A stretch of 64,000 bases of DNA from an uncultured cyanobacterium (GCA_963740315.1 CAVUDP010000004.1:288001-352000), one strand, 5' to 3'; shown: positions 1 to 11,006, counted from the stretch's first letter. Notes: a model not told the origin generated them from the sequence alone. Program-made: numbers and translations.

Positions 1-2
1 TA

Positions 3-3000
3 ACTAAACCGTGGGAAGCAGAAGAACTTAAAGCCGTAGTACGCCAAGCTTTGGATACTCATAATGTTCTTAGAGCGCGTACCTACGAACTCACCCGTAC
101 ATTACGTCAAGAATCCTTACTCAATTCTTTAACTAATACGATTCGCAGTGCCTTAGATTATCGACAAATTCTTCAAGCAATTGTAGATAATGTAGGTCAT
201 ATGCTTGAAGTAGACGTATGTCTTTTACGTCCTTTCCAAAATGGGCGGTTAGTTGATGAAGGTTTTATTTATCAAAAAAATCTTAAAGAAGTAGAGGATA
301 AAGATCAACTTATTGAATCTACCGATACCTCCTCGGCTGAATTATTAGCCCATACAGTATGGGAAACCCGCGAAGTTCAGGTAATTTACGATGCAACAAC
401 AGATGAGCGCGTTCAAGAGGATATTCCCGAAAACCGCGATCGCGCTCAAGTATATGTTGTTGCTCAAATTTGTTCTAGTTTAGTAGTACCGCTAATTTGT
501 CAGCAAGAATTGATGGCAGTTTTGGCGCTGCACCAGTCCAAAGAATCCCGTGATTGGGAAGAAGATGAAGTGCAGTTAGTGATTATGGTGGCAAATCAGG
601 CTGCATTAGCTTTATCTCAAGCTCGTGCTTACGAGCAGGTACACGCTCTTGCTCAAAGAGAGGTGTTAATTAATACGATTACTAGCGCCATCCGCTCTAG
701 CCTAGATCCCCAAGAAATTTTTGCTGCTATTACCCAACAACTTGGACAAGCGTTGCAGGTGGATGGGTGTGTTTTATCTTTGTGGACTGCCGATTCAGAA
801 TTTGTTGAATGTGTCGGTTTATATATTACTCAAGATTCACAGGCGCATCACTTAAACGGTAAACCAAAATTCACCGCTCATGAATTACCTCAATTTTTAG
901 CCCCAATTAAGGGAAATCAAATATTGCAAGAAATCTTGCAAACTCAATCTACAGTAATAATTACCGATCTTAATGATTGCCCCGCTCAAGTAAAAGGTTT
1001 TGATTTACCTTTAAAAATGAATACTCGCTCTTTGATGGTAGTTCCATTACTTACCGACGGTAAAATCATCGGTAGTATTACTTTGCGACAAAGTAAAAAA
1101 GAACGCTATTGGTTGAAATCGGAGGTAGAGTTAGCTGCATCTGTAGCAGTTCAAGCAGCCCTTGCAGTTCAACAGTCTCGGCTTTATCAAAAAACTCGCC
1201 AACAAGCCGAACGTTTGCTGGAATTAGACAAACAAAAAACTGAATTTTTTCAGAATATTTCCCACGAGTTCCGCACCCCAATAACTTTAATTCAAGGTCC
1301 TTTGGAGTCAGCAGTAAGCACGGGTGAAGGGTTATCTCACGAACAAAGTACCATTGCTTTGCGTAATTCAAGGCGCTTGTTACGACTAGTAAATCAACTA
1401 TTAGATTTGCAACGTTTGGATGCCCGGAGAATGCAGCCAACTTTCCGCAAGTGCGATTTGGTTGAATTTGTTAGTCAAATTGTGGAGTCGTTTCGTCCCT
1501 ACTGCGAGAAAAAGGAATTGGATCTGCTTGCAGAATTAGATGATTGTCCGCCCGTTTATTTAGATATAGAAAAATTCGATAAAGTGGTTTATAACCTGCT
1601 GTCGAATGCCATGAAGTTTACTCCCCAAAACGGCAGCATTACTGTGAGAGTTTTGTCTGCGGGTTCGGGTTGCATCTTACAAGTAGAAGACACGGGAATT
1701 GGTATTGCCGAAGAACAAATTCCACATTTGTTTGAACGGTTCCGTCAAGCTGAAGGTTCGGAAAATCGTTCCTATGAAGGTACGGGTTTAGGTTTGGCTT
1801 TGGTTAAAGAATTAGTAGAAATTCATGGAGGTGAAGTTACAGTTGATTCGGTGTATGGAAGTGGTACCAACTTTACCATATCCCTTCAGTCTGGAAGCGC
1901 TCATTTAAATGCCGAGCAAGTGGTAGAAGATGAAAGTATTGTTGATATCAGTCGTGCTGCTGTGGAGTTAGCCGATTTAGAATTAATAGAATCAACGGAT
2001 AGTCATAATCAAAATATCCCAATTGATTTGTTGTCACCAAGTTTTGATTCTTCAGATTTGAAAGCTGGGAAGGGACAATTAGTTTTAGTTGTGGACGATA
2101 ACCCAGATATGCGAGCTTATGTATCAAGTATTCTTCGCGAAGCAGGCTATCAAGTCCAAACTGCAAGAAACGGTTCGGAAGGTTTTCATATAGCCAAAGA
2201 ATTGTTACCTCATTTAGTTGTCACCGACTTGATGATGCCTATAGTCACCGGATTGGAGATGATTCGGACGATACGCTCGGAAGAGACGCTCAAAGGAATA
2301 CCGATTATTCTGCTTACTGCCAAAGTTGATGAAGATACTCGTATTGAAGGAACCGAACGTGGTGCGGATGCCTATTTAGCAAAGCCATTTAACGATAGAG
2401 AACTTCTAGCAGAAGCACGAAATTTGTTGGCTTTAAAAGAAAACGAACGCAAAGTTGTGGAATTAAATACTTATTTAACAGAATCCGTACTTCATCGGTT
2501 TTTACCTCCTGCTTTGGTTAAAAAAGCCGCTGCTGGCGATTTAATTCTGGATTTACGACCGGAACCGCGTTTAATTACAGTTTTATTTAGCGATATCGTT
2601 GGTTTTACTCAATTATCAAATACTTTAAGGTCGCGAAAAGTCGCAGAATTGCTTAATGAATACTTAGAAGCTATGACAAAAGCTGTATTTGATAACGGCG
2701 GAACCGTAGATAAATTTATGGGCGATGCGATTTTGGCTTTATACGGAGCGCCAGAAGAACTGACACCCAACGAACAAGTGCGCCGTGCGGTAAATACTTC
2801 TAGAGCCATGCTGCGCGGGCTTTCTGAGTTAAACGAACGTTGGCGATCGCAAGGTCTTTTTGACAGCGACGGACGTAACTCGATTCAGTTTCGCTGCGGT
2901 ATTCATCAAGGTACTGCGGTTGTGGGAATGTTTGGTAGTTCCGAACGCGCCGATTATACTGCTATTGGTCCTTCTGTGAATATTGCCTCTCGCTTGCAAG

Positions 3001-3161
3001 GCGCTGCCGAGCCTGGTACTATCCTTGTTTCTGCTGCTGTCGCAGATTATTTACAGGAAGAAGAAATTATTAAAGGTAAATCGTTAGAGTTAAAAGGAGT
3101 AGATGAAACAGTTCTAACTTTCACCGTGACTCCAGAAGTAGTCGTCCGCTCGTTAGAATAG
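3..3161 (+). CDS. cyaC: CyaC-type adenylate cyclase (REC fragment-GAF-GAF-His kinase-REC-class III cyclase), 5'-truncated by window edge
   Basis: Frame is open from base 3 (TKPWEAEELKAVVRQAL, end of a receiver domain). Two GAF domains, H-box ISHEFRTP, G-boxes EDTGIGI/GTGLGL, REC VLVVDD...TDLMMP, cyclase motifs LFSDIVGFT, DKFMGDA, NIASRLQ. Confidence 0.92.
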   Translation, partial: TKPWEAEELKAVVRQALDTHNVLRARTYELTRTLRQESLLNSLTNTIRSALDYRQILQAIVDNVGHMLEVDVCLLRPFQNGRLVDEGFIYQKNLKEVEDKDQLIESTDTSSAELLAHTVWETREVQVIYDATTDERVQEDIPENRDRAQVYVVAQICSSLVVPLICQQELMAVLALHQSKESRDWEEDEVQLVIMVANQAALALSQARAYEQVHALAQREVLINTITSAIRSSLDPQEIFAAITQQLGQALQVDGCVLSLWTADSEFVECVGLYITQDSQAHHLNGKPKFTAHELPQFLAPIKGNQILQEILQTQSTVIITDLNDCPAQVKGFDLPLKMNTRSLMVVPLLTDGKIIGSITLRQSKKERYWLKSEVELAASVAVQAALAVQQSRLYQKTRQQAERLLELDKQKTEFFQNISHEFRTPITLIQGPLESAVSTGEGLSHEQSTIALRNSRRLLRLVNQLLDLQRLDARRMQPTFRKCDLVEFVSQIVESFRPYCEKKELDLLAELDDCPPVYLDIEKFDKVVYNLLSNAMKFTPQNGSITVRVLSAGSGCILQVEDTGIGIAEEQIPHLFERFRQAEGSENRSYEGTGLGLALVKELVEIHGGEVTVDSVYGSGTNFTISLQSGSAHLNAEQVVEDESIVDISRAAVELADLELIESTDSHNQNIPIDLLSPSFDSSDLKAGKGQLVLVVDDNPDMRAYVSSILREAGYQVQTARNGSEGFHIAKELLPHLVVTDLMMPIVTGLEMIRTIRSEETLKGIPIILLTAKVDEDTRIEGTERGADAYLAKPFNDRELLAEARNLLALKENERKVVELNTYLTESVLHRFLPPALVKKAAAGDLILDLRPEPRLITVLFSDIVGFTQLSNTLRSRKVAELLNEYLEAMTKAVFDNGGTVDKFMGDAILALYGAPEELTPNEQVRRAVNTSRAMLRGLSELNERWRSQGLFDSDGRNSIQFRCGIHQGTAVVGMFGSSERADYTAIGPSVNIASRLQGAAEPGTILVSAAVADYLQEEEIIKGKSLELKGVDETVLTFTVTPEVVVRSLE

Positions 3162-3280
3162 AAGACGTGTTATTTGTTGAGAAAGGCGAGAAACAAAAAC
3201 AAATATACCTTTTTAATCGCGGTGCAATTAATATAGAACGTCCGCCATCTTGCGGATTCTTAATATAGATATATAGATAT

Positions 3281-4504
3281 ATGTCACAATCGGTTGCACG
3301 AAAAACTTCAATTTCAGAAAAAACCTGGAGACGACAAACCGATTCACCTTCCGGGTGGATTGCTTTTTCGTGTGGTTCAGTTATCCTGCATCTACTGGCG
3401 TTCTGGCTGATCGGTTCATATAAATTAAGTTCATCACAACAACAGCGATCGCAATCTGCTCTCCCGATTGAATTTATTGAAATTTCTCCACAAAAATCAT
3501 TGCCAGTTCAACCATCACCTAAACCTAAACCAGTTTTACCAAAGCCAGCAAAACCTATTGTTCCTCAGAATTTACAGCCTGCTATTCCGAAAACTGTGAA
3601 ACCTCCCGTCACCACGAACGATCAAAATGCCATTGCTTTTGATAATCAAAAACTTGAACGGCAACAGCAGCAACAACAAAAGTTAGCACAACAACAGCGT
3701 CAGTTAGAAGCCGAACAACTTAAAAAAGAAGCTCAGCAACAAAGAGAAGAACAACAAACTCAGCGAAAACTTGAACGTCAGCAACAAAGAGAAGAACAAC
3801 AAAATCAGCAAAAACTCGAACGTCAGCAACAATTAGAAGAACAACAAAATCAGCAAAAACTCGAACGTCAGCAACAATTAGAAGAACAACAAAATCAGCA
3901 AAAACTCGAACGTCAGCAACAAAGAGAAGAACAACAAAATCAGCGAAAACTCGAACGTCAGCAACAATTAGAAGAACAACAAAATCAGCGAAAACTCGAA
4001 CGTCAGCAACAAAGAGAAGACGAACAACAACAAAATCCCGAAGATGGTGTAAAAATAGCTGATGCTCCTGCTGATGCAAGAGGACTAACCCCACCAGAGC
4101 AGCTTGCAAAAACTCCTCAAGCTCCGATTCAAAATCAACCTACTCAAAGTGGGGGAATACTAACAGCAAGTTGGAAGATAGATACCAATACTTTTTTTAA
4201 AGATAAACCAGATAATCTTGCACAACCTTTAAAAAGAAGCAACAGCGATATCCCACTTCCTGCCCCAGAAGATGGGAATTTTCAGCCTAGAGATTTCCTG
4301 GTGTGGCTGACAATTGATAATCAAGGCAATGCATCAGTGACGAAGATAGAAACACCTGATGTAGCACAGAAAGAACAATACCGAAAATACGCCGAAGAAA
4401 TTTTCAACAATCAGAAATTTATTCCCGCAACTGAGAACAACGGCAATAAACCTGATTTTAGTAATTTGCCTGTACGTGTAAATATTCAAGAGGGTTCAAA
4501 TTAA
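3281..4504 (+). CDS. TonB/TolA-like membrane-anchored protein with Pro-rich and Gln/Glu coiled-coil repeats
   Basis: N-terminal TM helix with S-x3-H (GSVILHLL), PK-rich segment, 15-aa KLERQQQxEEQQNQx repeats, C-terminus resembling TonB_C (LTIDNQGNA...KFIPA). Confidence 0.6.
   Translation: MSQSVARKTSISEKTWRRQTDSPSGWIAFSCGSVILHLLAFWLIGSYKLSSSQQQRSQSALPIEFIEISPQKSLPVQPSPKPKPVLPKPAKPIVPQNLQPAIPKTVKPPVTTNDQNAIAFDNQKLERQQQQQQKLAQQQRQLEAEQLKKEAQQQREEQQTQRKLERQQQREEQQNQQKLERQQQLEEQQNQQKLERQQQLEEQQNQQKLERQQQREEQQNQRKLERQQQLEEQQNQRKLERQQQREDEQQQNPEDGVKIADAPADARGLTPPEQLAKTPQAPIQNQPTQSGGILTASWKIDTNTFFKDKPDNLAQPLKRSNSDIPLPAPEDGNFQPRDFLVWLTIDNQGNASVTKIETPDVAQKEQYRKYAEEIFNNQKFIPATENNGNKPDFSNLPVRVNIQEGSN
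3766..4020 (+). repeat. Intragenic 45-bp tandem repeat (about 5.5 copies)
   Basis: Unit aaaactcgaacgtcagcaacaa(ttag/agag)aagaacaacaaaatcagc(a/g) repeated head to tail. Confidence 0.9.
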
Positions 4505-4565
4505 AGTTTTAAATAACTTGATTTTTATCTACAACTGTAATATAATAATAAGGTTGGAAAATAAT

Positions 4566-4636
4566 GCGGGCGTAGTTTAGTGGTAAAACCTTAGCCTTCC
4601 AAGCTAATGATGCGGATTCGATTCCCGCCGCCCGCT
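4566..4636 (+). tRNA. trnG: tRNA-Gly (anticodon TCC)
   Basis: Acceptor stem GCGGGCG/CGCCCGC, D-loop with TGG, anticodon arm TTAGC-CTTCCAA-GCTAA, T-loop TTCGATT; CCA not encoded. Confidence 0.95.
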
Positions 4637-4664
4637 TTGAAAATTGCTTAAAAATAAAATAACT

Positions 4665-4697
4665 AATAAACTCTCAGATTGTCTCCGAGAGTTTATT
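4665..4697. terminator. Hairpin between convergent tRNA-Gly and pstB, probable bidirectional terminator
   Basis: Inverted repeat AATAAACTCTC-N11-GAGAGTTTATT. Confidence 0.6.
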
Positions 4698-4732
4698 TAT
4701 TAGCCATATTCAACATAGAATTTGGTCAAAAC

Positions 4733-5536
4733 TTAACCAAATTTACCACTAATGTAGTCTTTAGTCTCTTCTTGCTGAGGATCGTTGAAAATTCTCTCAG
4801 TGGGTTCGTATTCTACTAAATAACCGTTACGTCCCCCATCTTTTGTATTGACGTAAAATAATGCTGTCATGTCCGAGACTCGCGATGCTTGTTGCATATT
4901 GTGAGTAACGATAACAACGGTAAATTTCTCTTTGAGTTGTTTAATTAATTCTTCTACTATATTAGTAGAAATCGGATCGAGCGCGGAGCAAGGCTCGTCC
5001 ATTAAGATAACATCCGGTTTGACTGCGATCGCCCTGGCAATACACAAACGCTGTTGTTGTCCCCCGGATATGGATAAACCACTTTGGTTTAGTTTGTCTT
5101 TAACTTCATTCCACAAACCCGCACCTTTGAGGGAATCTTCAACTAATTCATCCATATCGCCTTTAAAGCCGTTAATTTTGGCTCCAAAAGTAATATTTTC
5201 ATAGATTGACTTAGGGAATGGGTTTGGCTTTTGAAATACCATCCCGATTCGACGACGCACTTCTACAGGATCGACTTTAGGTGCATACAAATTCTCGCCG
5301 TTGTACAAAACTTTACCTTCTGCCCTAAATACGTCAATTAAGTCGTTAAGACGATTAAAGCATCTGAGTAAAGTACTTTTACCGCATCCAGAAGGGCCGA
5401 TAAAAGCTGTTACCTGGTTTTTGGGGATATCCATATAGATATCTTTTAGAGCCAAAAATTTACCGTAGTAAACGTTTAGTGCTTCTGTTCTTAATACAGT
5501 TTGAGTGTCTTGCACGGTGGAAATATGTGTAGCCAT
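4733..5536 (-). CDS. pstB: Phosphate ABC transporter ATP-binding protein
   Basis: [51 protein letters not shown]; last gene of pst operon. Confidence 0.97.
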   Translation of the reverse strand: MATHISTVQDTQTVLRTEALNVYYGKFLALKDIYMDIPKNQVTAFIGPSGCGKSTLLRCFNRLNDLIDVFRAEGKVLYNGENLYAPKVDPVEVRRRIGMVFQKPNPFPKSIYENITFGAKINGFKGDMDELVEDSLKGAGLWNEVKDKLNQSGLSISGGQQQRLCIARAIAVKPDVILMDEPCSALDPISTNIVEELIKQLKEKFTVVIVTHNMQQASRVSDMTALFYVNTKDGGRNGYLVEYEPTERIFNDPQQEETKDYISGKFG

Positions 5537-5687
5537 AAATTTTACGCTTATTGTTTCTCCGAAAGCTTCAAAGCTGTTAAGTAACTTTTATCTATCAATG
5601 GCTTATGTAATGCCGCTTGATTATTCTATTTTGAGTAATAATTTATATTGCCCTCAATCTAACCCAAATTTGACTTTCCCCATGCAG

Positions 5688-6581
5688 TTAAGATTTGCTG
5701 CGAGTTGCAAAGCGAGCAATTATACTAGCAAGCAAAACCAATAACACCAAAACGAGAGACGCAGCCCAAGCAACTGATTGCTGATTTTGGTCGAAAGAAG
5801 TTGCAAAGTTATAAACTAAAACAGCAAGAGAAGCAACTGGTTCGTCAGTTAAGCTTCTTAACCAAAATGCGGAGAACAAAGCAGTAAAAATTAGGGGTGC
5901 GGTTTCTCCCGCAGCACGGGCAACAGATAAGGTTACGCCAGTAACAATTGAAGGTAAAGCCGCAGGTAACACTACTTGCAAAACTGTTTGATAGTTAGTG
6001 GCTCCTATTCCTACAGCAGCTTGTCGCAAATCATTGGAAACTAATTGTAAAGCTTCGTCTGTAGTTCTGACGATAATCGGCAACATTAAAATTGATAGAG
6101 CCACACCACCGGCGATCGCAGAATATCCTGTAATCTTAGTTGCAACTAAAATACCATAGGTCACAACTCCAGCAATAATCGAAGGAACACCGCTCAAAAC
6201 GTTGGTGGCGAAGCGAATCCAACGGGCTGTTTGTCCCTTACTGAATTCGGTGAGGTAAACTGCTGCTGCAACTCCAATCGGTACGCTGATTAAAGCCCCA
6301 ATCCCGACCATAATCGCCGTACCGATGATGGCGTTACCAAAACCACCGCCTGTATCCAAAGGTGCTGGAGGTAATTCGGTGAACAAATCTAAGCTTAAGC
6401 TACTGAAACCCTTGAACAGCAAGTAAGAAAGTACTAGCAGCAAAGGTAGCAAAGCGAGGGCACCACAAACAAATATGACACCATTCATCACATTGTTAAA
6501 TAGCGTCCGGGGAGAACTCGAAGAGCCATTTAAACTACCGCGTGTAAATCCCGGTGGCTGCTCTGAATAACTAGAAGACAT
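5688..6581 (-). CDS. pstA: Phosphate ABC transporter permease PstA
   Basis: GVPSII, ARAAGETAPLIFT motifs; start set at ATG of MSSSYS. Confidence 0.95.
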   Translation of the reverse strand: MSSSYSEQPPGFTRGSLNGSSSSPRTLFNNVMNGVIFVCGALALLPLLLVLSYLLFKGFSSLSLDLFTELPPAPLDTGGGFGNAIIGTAIMVGIGALISVPIGVAAAVYLTEFSKGQTARWIRFATNVLSGVPSIIAGVVTYGILVATKITGYSAIAGGVALSILMLPIIVRTTDEALQLVSNDLRQAAVGIGATNYQTVLQVVLPAALPSIVTGVTLSVARAAGETAPLIFTALFSAFWLRSLTDEPVASLAVLVYNFATSFDQNQQSVAWAASLVLVLLVLLASIIARFATRSKS

Positions 6582-6600
6582 AATTGAACATACCAATAAA

Positions 6601-7569
6601 TTACTGTCGCTGAACCCGCAATACTATTAACTCTGCAAAAATATTGACAATTAAAGTCAATATAAACAGCACAAACGCAGCGTACATTAAGGCACTGATT
6701 TGCAAACCACCAGCTTCTGCGAACTGATTTGCTATTAAAGAAGCAATTGTATTGCTCGGTGCAAATAGGGAAGGACTAATTCTGTTGGAGTTACCAATTA
6801 TCATGGTCACAGCCATTGTTTCTCCCATCGCACGACCAAGTGCTAGCATTACAGCGCTAACAATACCAGAAAATGCAGCTGGAATAATCACTTTCAAAAG
6901 TGTTTCCCAACGGGTACATCCCAATCCATAAGCAGCTTCGCGCAAGCTGCGAGGTACGGAAACTAATGCATCGCGAGAAATTGCTGTAATAATCGGCAAA
7001 GTCATAATTGCCAGAATAATACCCGCAGGCAACAACCCCGGACCGCCAATTGCACCCGATTCGGGACGACTAAACAACGGTATCCAGCCTAAATACTGGT
7101 TAAGCCATCCGCCAATACTTCCCAAAAAAGGAATTAATACGAAAATTCCCCATAAGCCATAGACAACGCTGGGAATCGCTGCGAGAAGTTCTACTAGAAA
7201 AACTAGTATTGTTCGTACTGACAAAGGCAATATATTTTCACTTAACAATACTGCTGTGCCAATGCCAATGGGTACGGCTATCAACAAACCGATAAAAGAA
7301 CTAGCTAAAGTACCGTAAATTGACGGCAGTATTCCTAATTCTACTCTTGGTGGGTTTGGACTCCACTCGGTTGTGACCAAAAACCCAAGACCAAATTCCT
7401 GTAATGCTGGAAGTGCTTGAACGGCTACCTGAAATCCGATCCATAACAAAACACCGGCAATAGCAAAGGCAAAAATTCTTGTCGTCCAAATAAAGCTGCG
7501 ATCGAGGGTTCTATCTGTTTCAGAGCGATTTTTGGGATCTGGTTGTCTACTTTGGGCTGATGTACTCAT
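6601..7569 (-). CDS. pstC: Phosphate ABC transporter permease PstC
   Basis: ELLAAIPSVVYGLWG, GRAMGETMAV motifs; start set at ATG of MSTSAQ. Confidence 0.95.
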   Translation of the reverse strand: MSTSAQSRQPDPKNRSETDRTLDRSFIWTTRIFAFAIAGVLLWIGFQVAVQALPALQEFGLGFLVTTEWSPNPPRVELGILPSIYGTLASSFIGLLIAVPIGIGTAVLLSENILPLSVRTILVFLVELLAAIPSVVYGLWGIFVLIPFLGSIGGWLNQYLGWIPLFSRPESGAIGGPGLLPAGIILAIMTLPIITAISRDALVSVPRSLREAAYGLGCTRWETLLKVIIPAAFSGIVSAVMLALGRAMGETMAVTMIIGNSNRISPSLFAPSNTIASLIANQFAEAGGLQISALMYAAFVLFILTLIVNIFAELIVLRVQRQ

Positions 7570-7674
7570 AAAATGTACCCATGTAATAGAGAAAATGTGG
7601 GAGCGAACCACATTATTCCTTAACTAATTAATTATTGTTTGCACGCGGTTAAAAAATTTAGCAATCAAGGCTTA

Positions 7675-8814
7675 CTACTTAGCAGCAACGTTAATGTTGT
7701 AATCGGGGCTGATTGTGTCAGCAGCAGCAGCAACTTTCTCAACTACATTTTCAGGTAAAGGAACGTAACCGAGTTCGGGAGCATTTTTTTGACCTTCAGT
7801 TAAACCATACTCAATCATCGCTTCCATAGCTTTAGCTGTTGCAGGATTGTCATACTTTTTGTAAGCTAAAATCCATGTGTAGGTAACGATGGGATAAGAT
7901 TCATCTCCTTCTGGATCTGTAACGAAAGCACGGAGATTATCTGGTAGTTGAACAGCTGCCAAAGCTTTAGATGCAGCATCGTCGCTTGGTTCAATATATT
8001 TACCCGATTTATTTTCCAAAGTTGCCATACTCAAACCTTGGTTTTTAGCATAACCGTACTCTACATAACCAATAGAACCATCAGTTTGCTTAATTTGAGC
8101 GGTAACGCCTTCATTACCTTTAGCACCAATTCCGGTAGGCCAAGATACAGTCTTACCTGCGCCAGGACCGCTCTTCCAATCGGGGTTAACGTCGCTCAAG
8201 TGCTGTGTTAATACAGCTGTAGTACCACTACCATCGGAACGATGTATCACTGTAATATTCTTGTCGGGAAGATTAACTCCAGGGTTTGCCGCTACAATTT
8301 TGGGGTCATTCCACTTGGAAATTTTACCTAGTAAGATATTGGTATAATCTTCGCGTGATAACTTCAGATTTTCGACTCCATTTAAGTTGTAAGCGAATAC
8401 AACGCTACCAGCAGTCATAGGTAGTAATAATACGCCTCTCTCTACCTTAGCGATTTCATCATCCTTCATCGCTACGTCGCTAGCACCAAAGTCAACTGTA
8501 CCGGCGGTAAATTGTTTAACACCAGCACCACTACCAATTGATTGATAGTTGATTCGGAGATTGGGGTACTTAGCGTTAACATCTTTGAACCAACGCGAGT
8601 AAAGCAATCTAGGGAAAGAAGCACCTGCACCATTCAAAGTTGTGTCTCCACCCAAATCTAATGGGGTGGTAGCAGCAACATCGGTAGCACCAGGAGTATC
8701 ACCAGCATTGTTGGTTCCTTCACTGCCACAAGCTGCCAAGCCTACAGTAAGTGCTAATACGGAAATTAAAGAAACTAAACGAGACTTATTCGCTACAATT
8801 TTATTAGAAAACAT
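7675..8814 (-). CDS. pstS: Phosphate-binding lipoprotein PstS
   Basis: Lipobox LAAC, GAGASFP, YQSIGSGAG, DFGASD, HRSDGSGTT. Confidence 0.97.
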   Translation of the reverse strand: MFSNKIVANKSRLVSLISVLALTVGLAACGSEGTNNAGDTPGATDVAATTPLDLGGDTTLNGAGASFPRLLYSRWFKDVNAKYPNLRINYQSIGSGAGVKQFTAGTVDFGASDVAMKDDEIAKVERGVLLLPMTAGSVVFAYNLNGVENLKLSREDYTNILLGKISKWNDPKIVAANPGVNLPDKNITVIHRSDGSGTTAVLTQHLSDVNPDWKSGPGAGKTVSWPTGIGAKGNEGVTAQIKQTDGSIGYVEYGYAKNQGLSMATLENKSGKYIEPSDDAASKALAAVQLPDNLRAFVTDPEGDESYPIVTYTWILAYKKYDNPATAKAMEAMIEYGLTEGQKNAPELGYVPLPENVVEKVAAAADTISPDYNINVAAK

Positions 8815-8866
8815 GGATGTGCAAGTTGGGTAATTTTGCAGGTGTCGTATATAATATACTGCTATT

Positions 8867-8885
8867 GAGTAAAGACAAGGTTAAC
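8867..8885 (-). promoter_or_regulatory. Putative Pho box (SphR site) upstream of pstS
   Basis: Minus strand reads GTTAACCT-N3-CTTTACTC (11-nt period, resembling the cyanobacterial YTTAAYYW consensus), followed by a TATATT -10-like hexamer. Confidence 0.5.
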
Positions 8886-9594
8886 AAAGTTCGATTTCAA
8901 AGTTTCTTAGGACTCATTCCGGCAAAAACTTATATTTATTATTGGAATAAAACTTTTTAGCTAAATTAGTCATTTAAAAGAAATAAACAATACATTAGTA
9001 ATTTTGTATTAATAGCATTAGCAATAATTCATTTTGTGGCGATATTCGTGTAAAATTTCAAGTTTCAAAGTTTGGAAATAGATAATGATAAGTAGTTAAG
9101 CGTGCATTATTTATATATTTAATATATTTACTGCTCAGTTATATAAATATTCCCTACTCCCTATCTAGACAAAATATTTAATCAATTTTGCACAAGTACT
9201 TATGCAATTGGTTTGTTTGATAATTGTTAGCATTCTAATAAAATTAGTATGAATACGGACGTTGGTTTGTAGCCCGGTTTAAGTCAAATTATTTTACGAT
9301 CTATTATTTTGTCCTAACCTCTATCCATAGCTATAGCTATATATGTCCTAACGTTGATGTTGCTGATATGTTATCCGGGAGCAAGTATCTAAGGATAGAA
9401 AAGTAGCGGTATCTATTTCATTAGAATTTGCAAGGCTAGCTAACTTAGATTTTGGACAGTAAGCAGTTAGACGCATTAAACTAGTATGCGACATAAATAA
9501 GAAAGTAAAGCTTTATAACAAAATAAGTATATTTATTAACTAGTTAACAAAGAATTAGAGATTATTTTTCGCTATCTGTATGAGTATCTTATAA

Positions 9595-10182
9595 ATGCTA
9601 GCCGCATCTAACCAATTATTATGGTCAATGATTGGCTTACTACTAACTATGGGTGGTACCTTCCTTGAAGCCTATATTGCCGCCCTACCTTGGAGTTGGA
9701 GTAACCAAGGAATTCATGCTTTTTCTTTAGGTGTCACCTATCAAATTGGTGGGGTGCTGTTAGTGGGTTGCTTGGGAGGGAAAAATGCTGGTGCGCTTTC
9801 ACAAATTGCCTATTTAGTTATGGGCTTAACTTTGTTACCCGTATTTGCTGACGGTGGCGGTATCGGTTATGTCAAGCTTTCTCAGTTTGGTTATTTACTA
9901 GGTTTTATTCCTGGAGCGTGGATTTGCGGTTTTCTCGCTTTTAAAGCAAGACCAAAATTAGAAACTCTTGCATTTAGCTGCATTTGTGGCTTGTTATCTG
10001 TTCATCTGTGCGGTATTACTTATTTAGTCATAACTTATGCTTTAGGTTGGCAAGGTTCGGAAAATTTATCCTTATTGCAGGCAATACTTAAATATTCATT
10101 GTTTGTATTACCCGGACAGCTAGCTGTAGTCTGTGCCGTCACCGTAATAGCATATGTGCTGCGGCATTTAATGTTTTATTAA
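9595..10182 (+). CDS. bioY: Biotin transporter BioY
   Basis: Hydrophobic; GLTLLPVFADGGG and FGYLLGFIPGA motifs; bioY-lspA synteny typical of cyanobacteria. Confidence 0.88.
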   Translation: MLAASNQLLWSMIGLLLTMGGTFLEAYIAALPWSWSNQGIHAFSLGVTYQIGGVLLVGCLGGKNAGALSQIAYLVMGLTLLPVFADGGGIGYVKLSQFGYLLGFIPGAWICGFLAFKARPKLETLAFSCICGLLSVHLCGITYLVITYALGWQGSENLSLLQAILKYSLFVLPGQLAVVCAVTVIAYVLRHLMFY

Positions 10183-10453
10183 TTGTTAGTTGTTAGCTAT
10201 TAGTTATTAGTAAAGCGGCGTTAAACTAACTTACTAGTGACGTAACAAACTGGTATGCTCTAAAGGAATAAGCCATTGCTTGCCAGTTTTGTTGCATATG
10301 TACAATAACATGGCGATCGATTTGAGTAAATTTTGTTTTATTGATTTGTGTTTATTGTAAGTCGAGTATGTTTAGCTTTATTGGATGCTCTCAATCGGCG
10401 ATCGCCAGTTAAAGACTAATAATTAATAACTAACAACTAATAATTAATGCCTC

Positions 10454-10930
10454 ATGCGTTTAAAAAATCGCTTCTTTTGGATAACTGCTATTACAGGTTT
10501 TGTCTTAGATCAATTGACAAAATACTGGGTTGTGCAAACTTTTAGTTTGGGAGAAACACAACCATTAATAAGAGATATATTTCACTTTACTTATGTGAGA
10601 AATACTGGGGCTGCTTTTAGTCTCTTCTCCGGAAAAGTAGAGTGGTTGCGCTGGCTATCTTTATTAGTAAGTCTGGGATTGATCGCCTTAGCTTTATTTA
10701 GTCCGGTTTTACTTAGTTGGGAGCAATGGGGATACGGTTTAATTTTAAGTGGGGCTATGGGCAACGGTATCGATCGGTTTGTCTTAGGTTACGTTATAGA
10801 TTTTCTCGATTTTCGACTAATTAATTTTCCAGTATTTAATTTGGCAGATGTATTTATTAATATTGGTATTGCCTGCTTAATTATTTCCTCTTTTCAAAAA
10901 ACGCCCTCAAATCATCGATCTTCGCGATAG
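10454..10930 (+). CDS. lspA: Lipoprotein signal peptidase II
   Basis: DQLTK, NTGAAFS, GNGIDR, VIDF, FPVFNLAD motifs. Confidence 0.97.
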   Translation: MRLKNRFFWITAITGFVLDQLTKYWVVQTFSLGETQPLIRDIFHFTYVRNTGAAFSLFSGKVEWLRWLSLLVSLGLIALALFSPVLLSWEQWGYGLILSGAMGNGIDRFVLGYVIDFLDFRLINFPVFNLADVFINIGIACLIISSFQKTPSNHRSSR

Positions 10931-10972
10931 ACATTTTAAATTTTAAATTTTAGATTTTAGAACCCACAAAAA

Positions 10973-11006
10973 AAGTTCTGGATACCTATTAGAGCAGCCA
11001 GAACTT
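10973..11006. terminator. Probable bidirectional intrinsic terminator
   Basis: AAGTTCTGG...CCAGAACTT stem flanked by an A-run on the left and a T-run on the right, between convergent genes. Confidence 0.6.

Noticed and set aside
3720..4109. 129-aa hydrophobic minus-strand ORF
   Set aside because: Antisense reading of the 45-bp Gln/Glu repeat.
4566..4636. tRNA as an integration site for an island
   Set aside because: No integrase and no duplicated tRNA 3' end seen; flanks are housekeeping genes.
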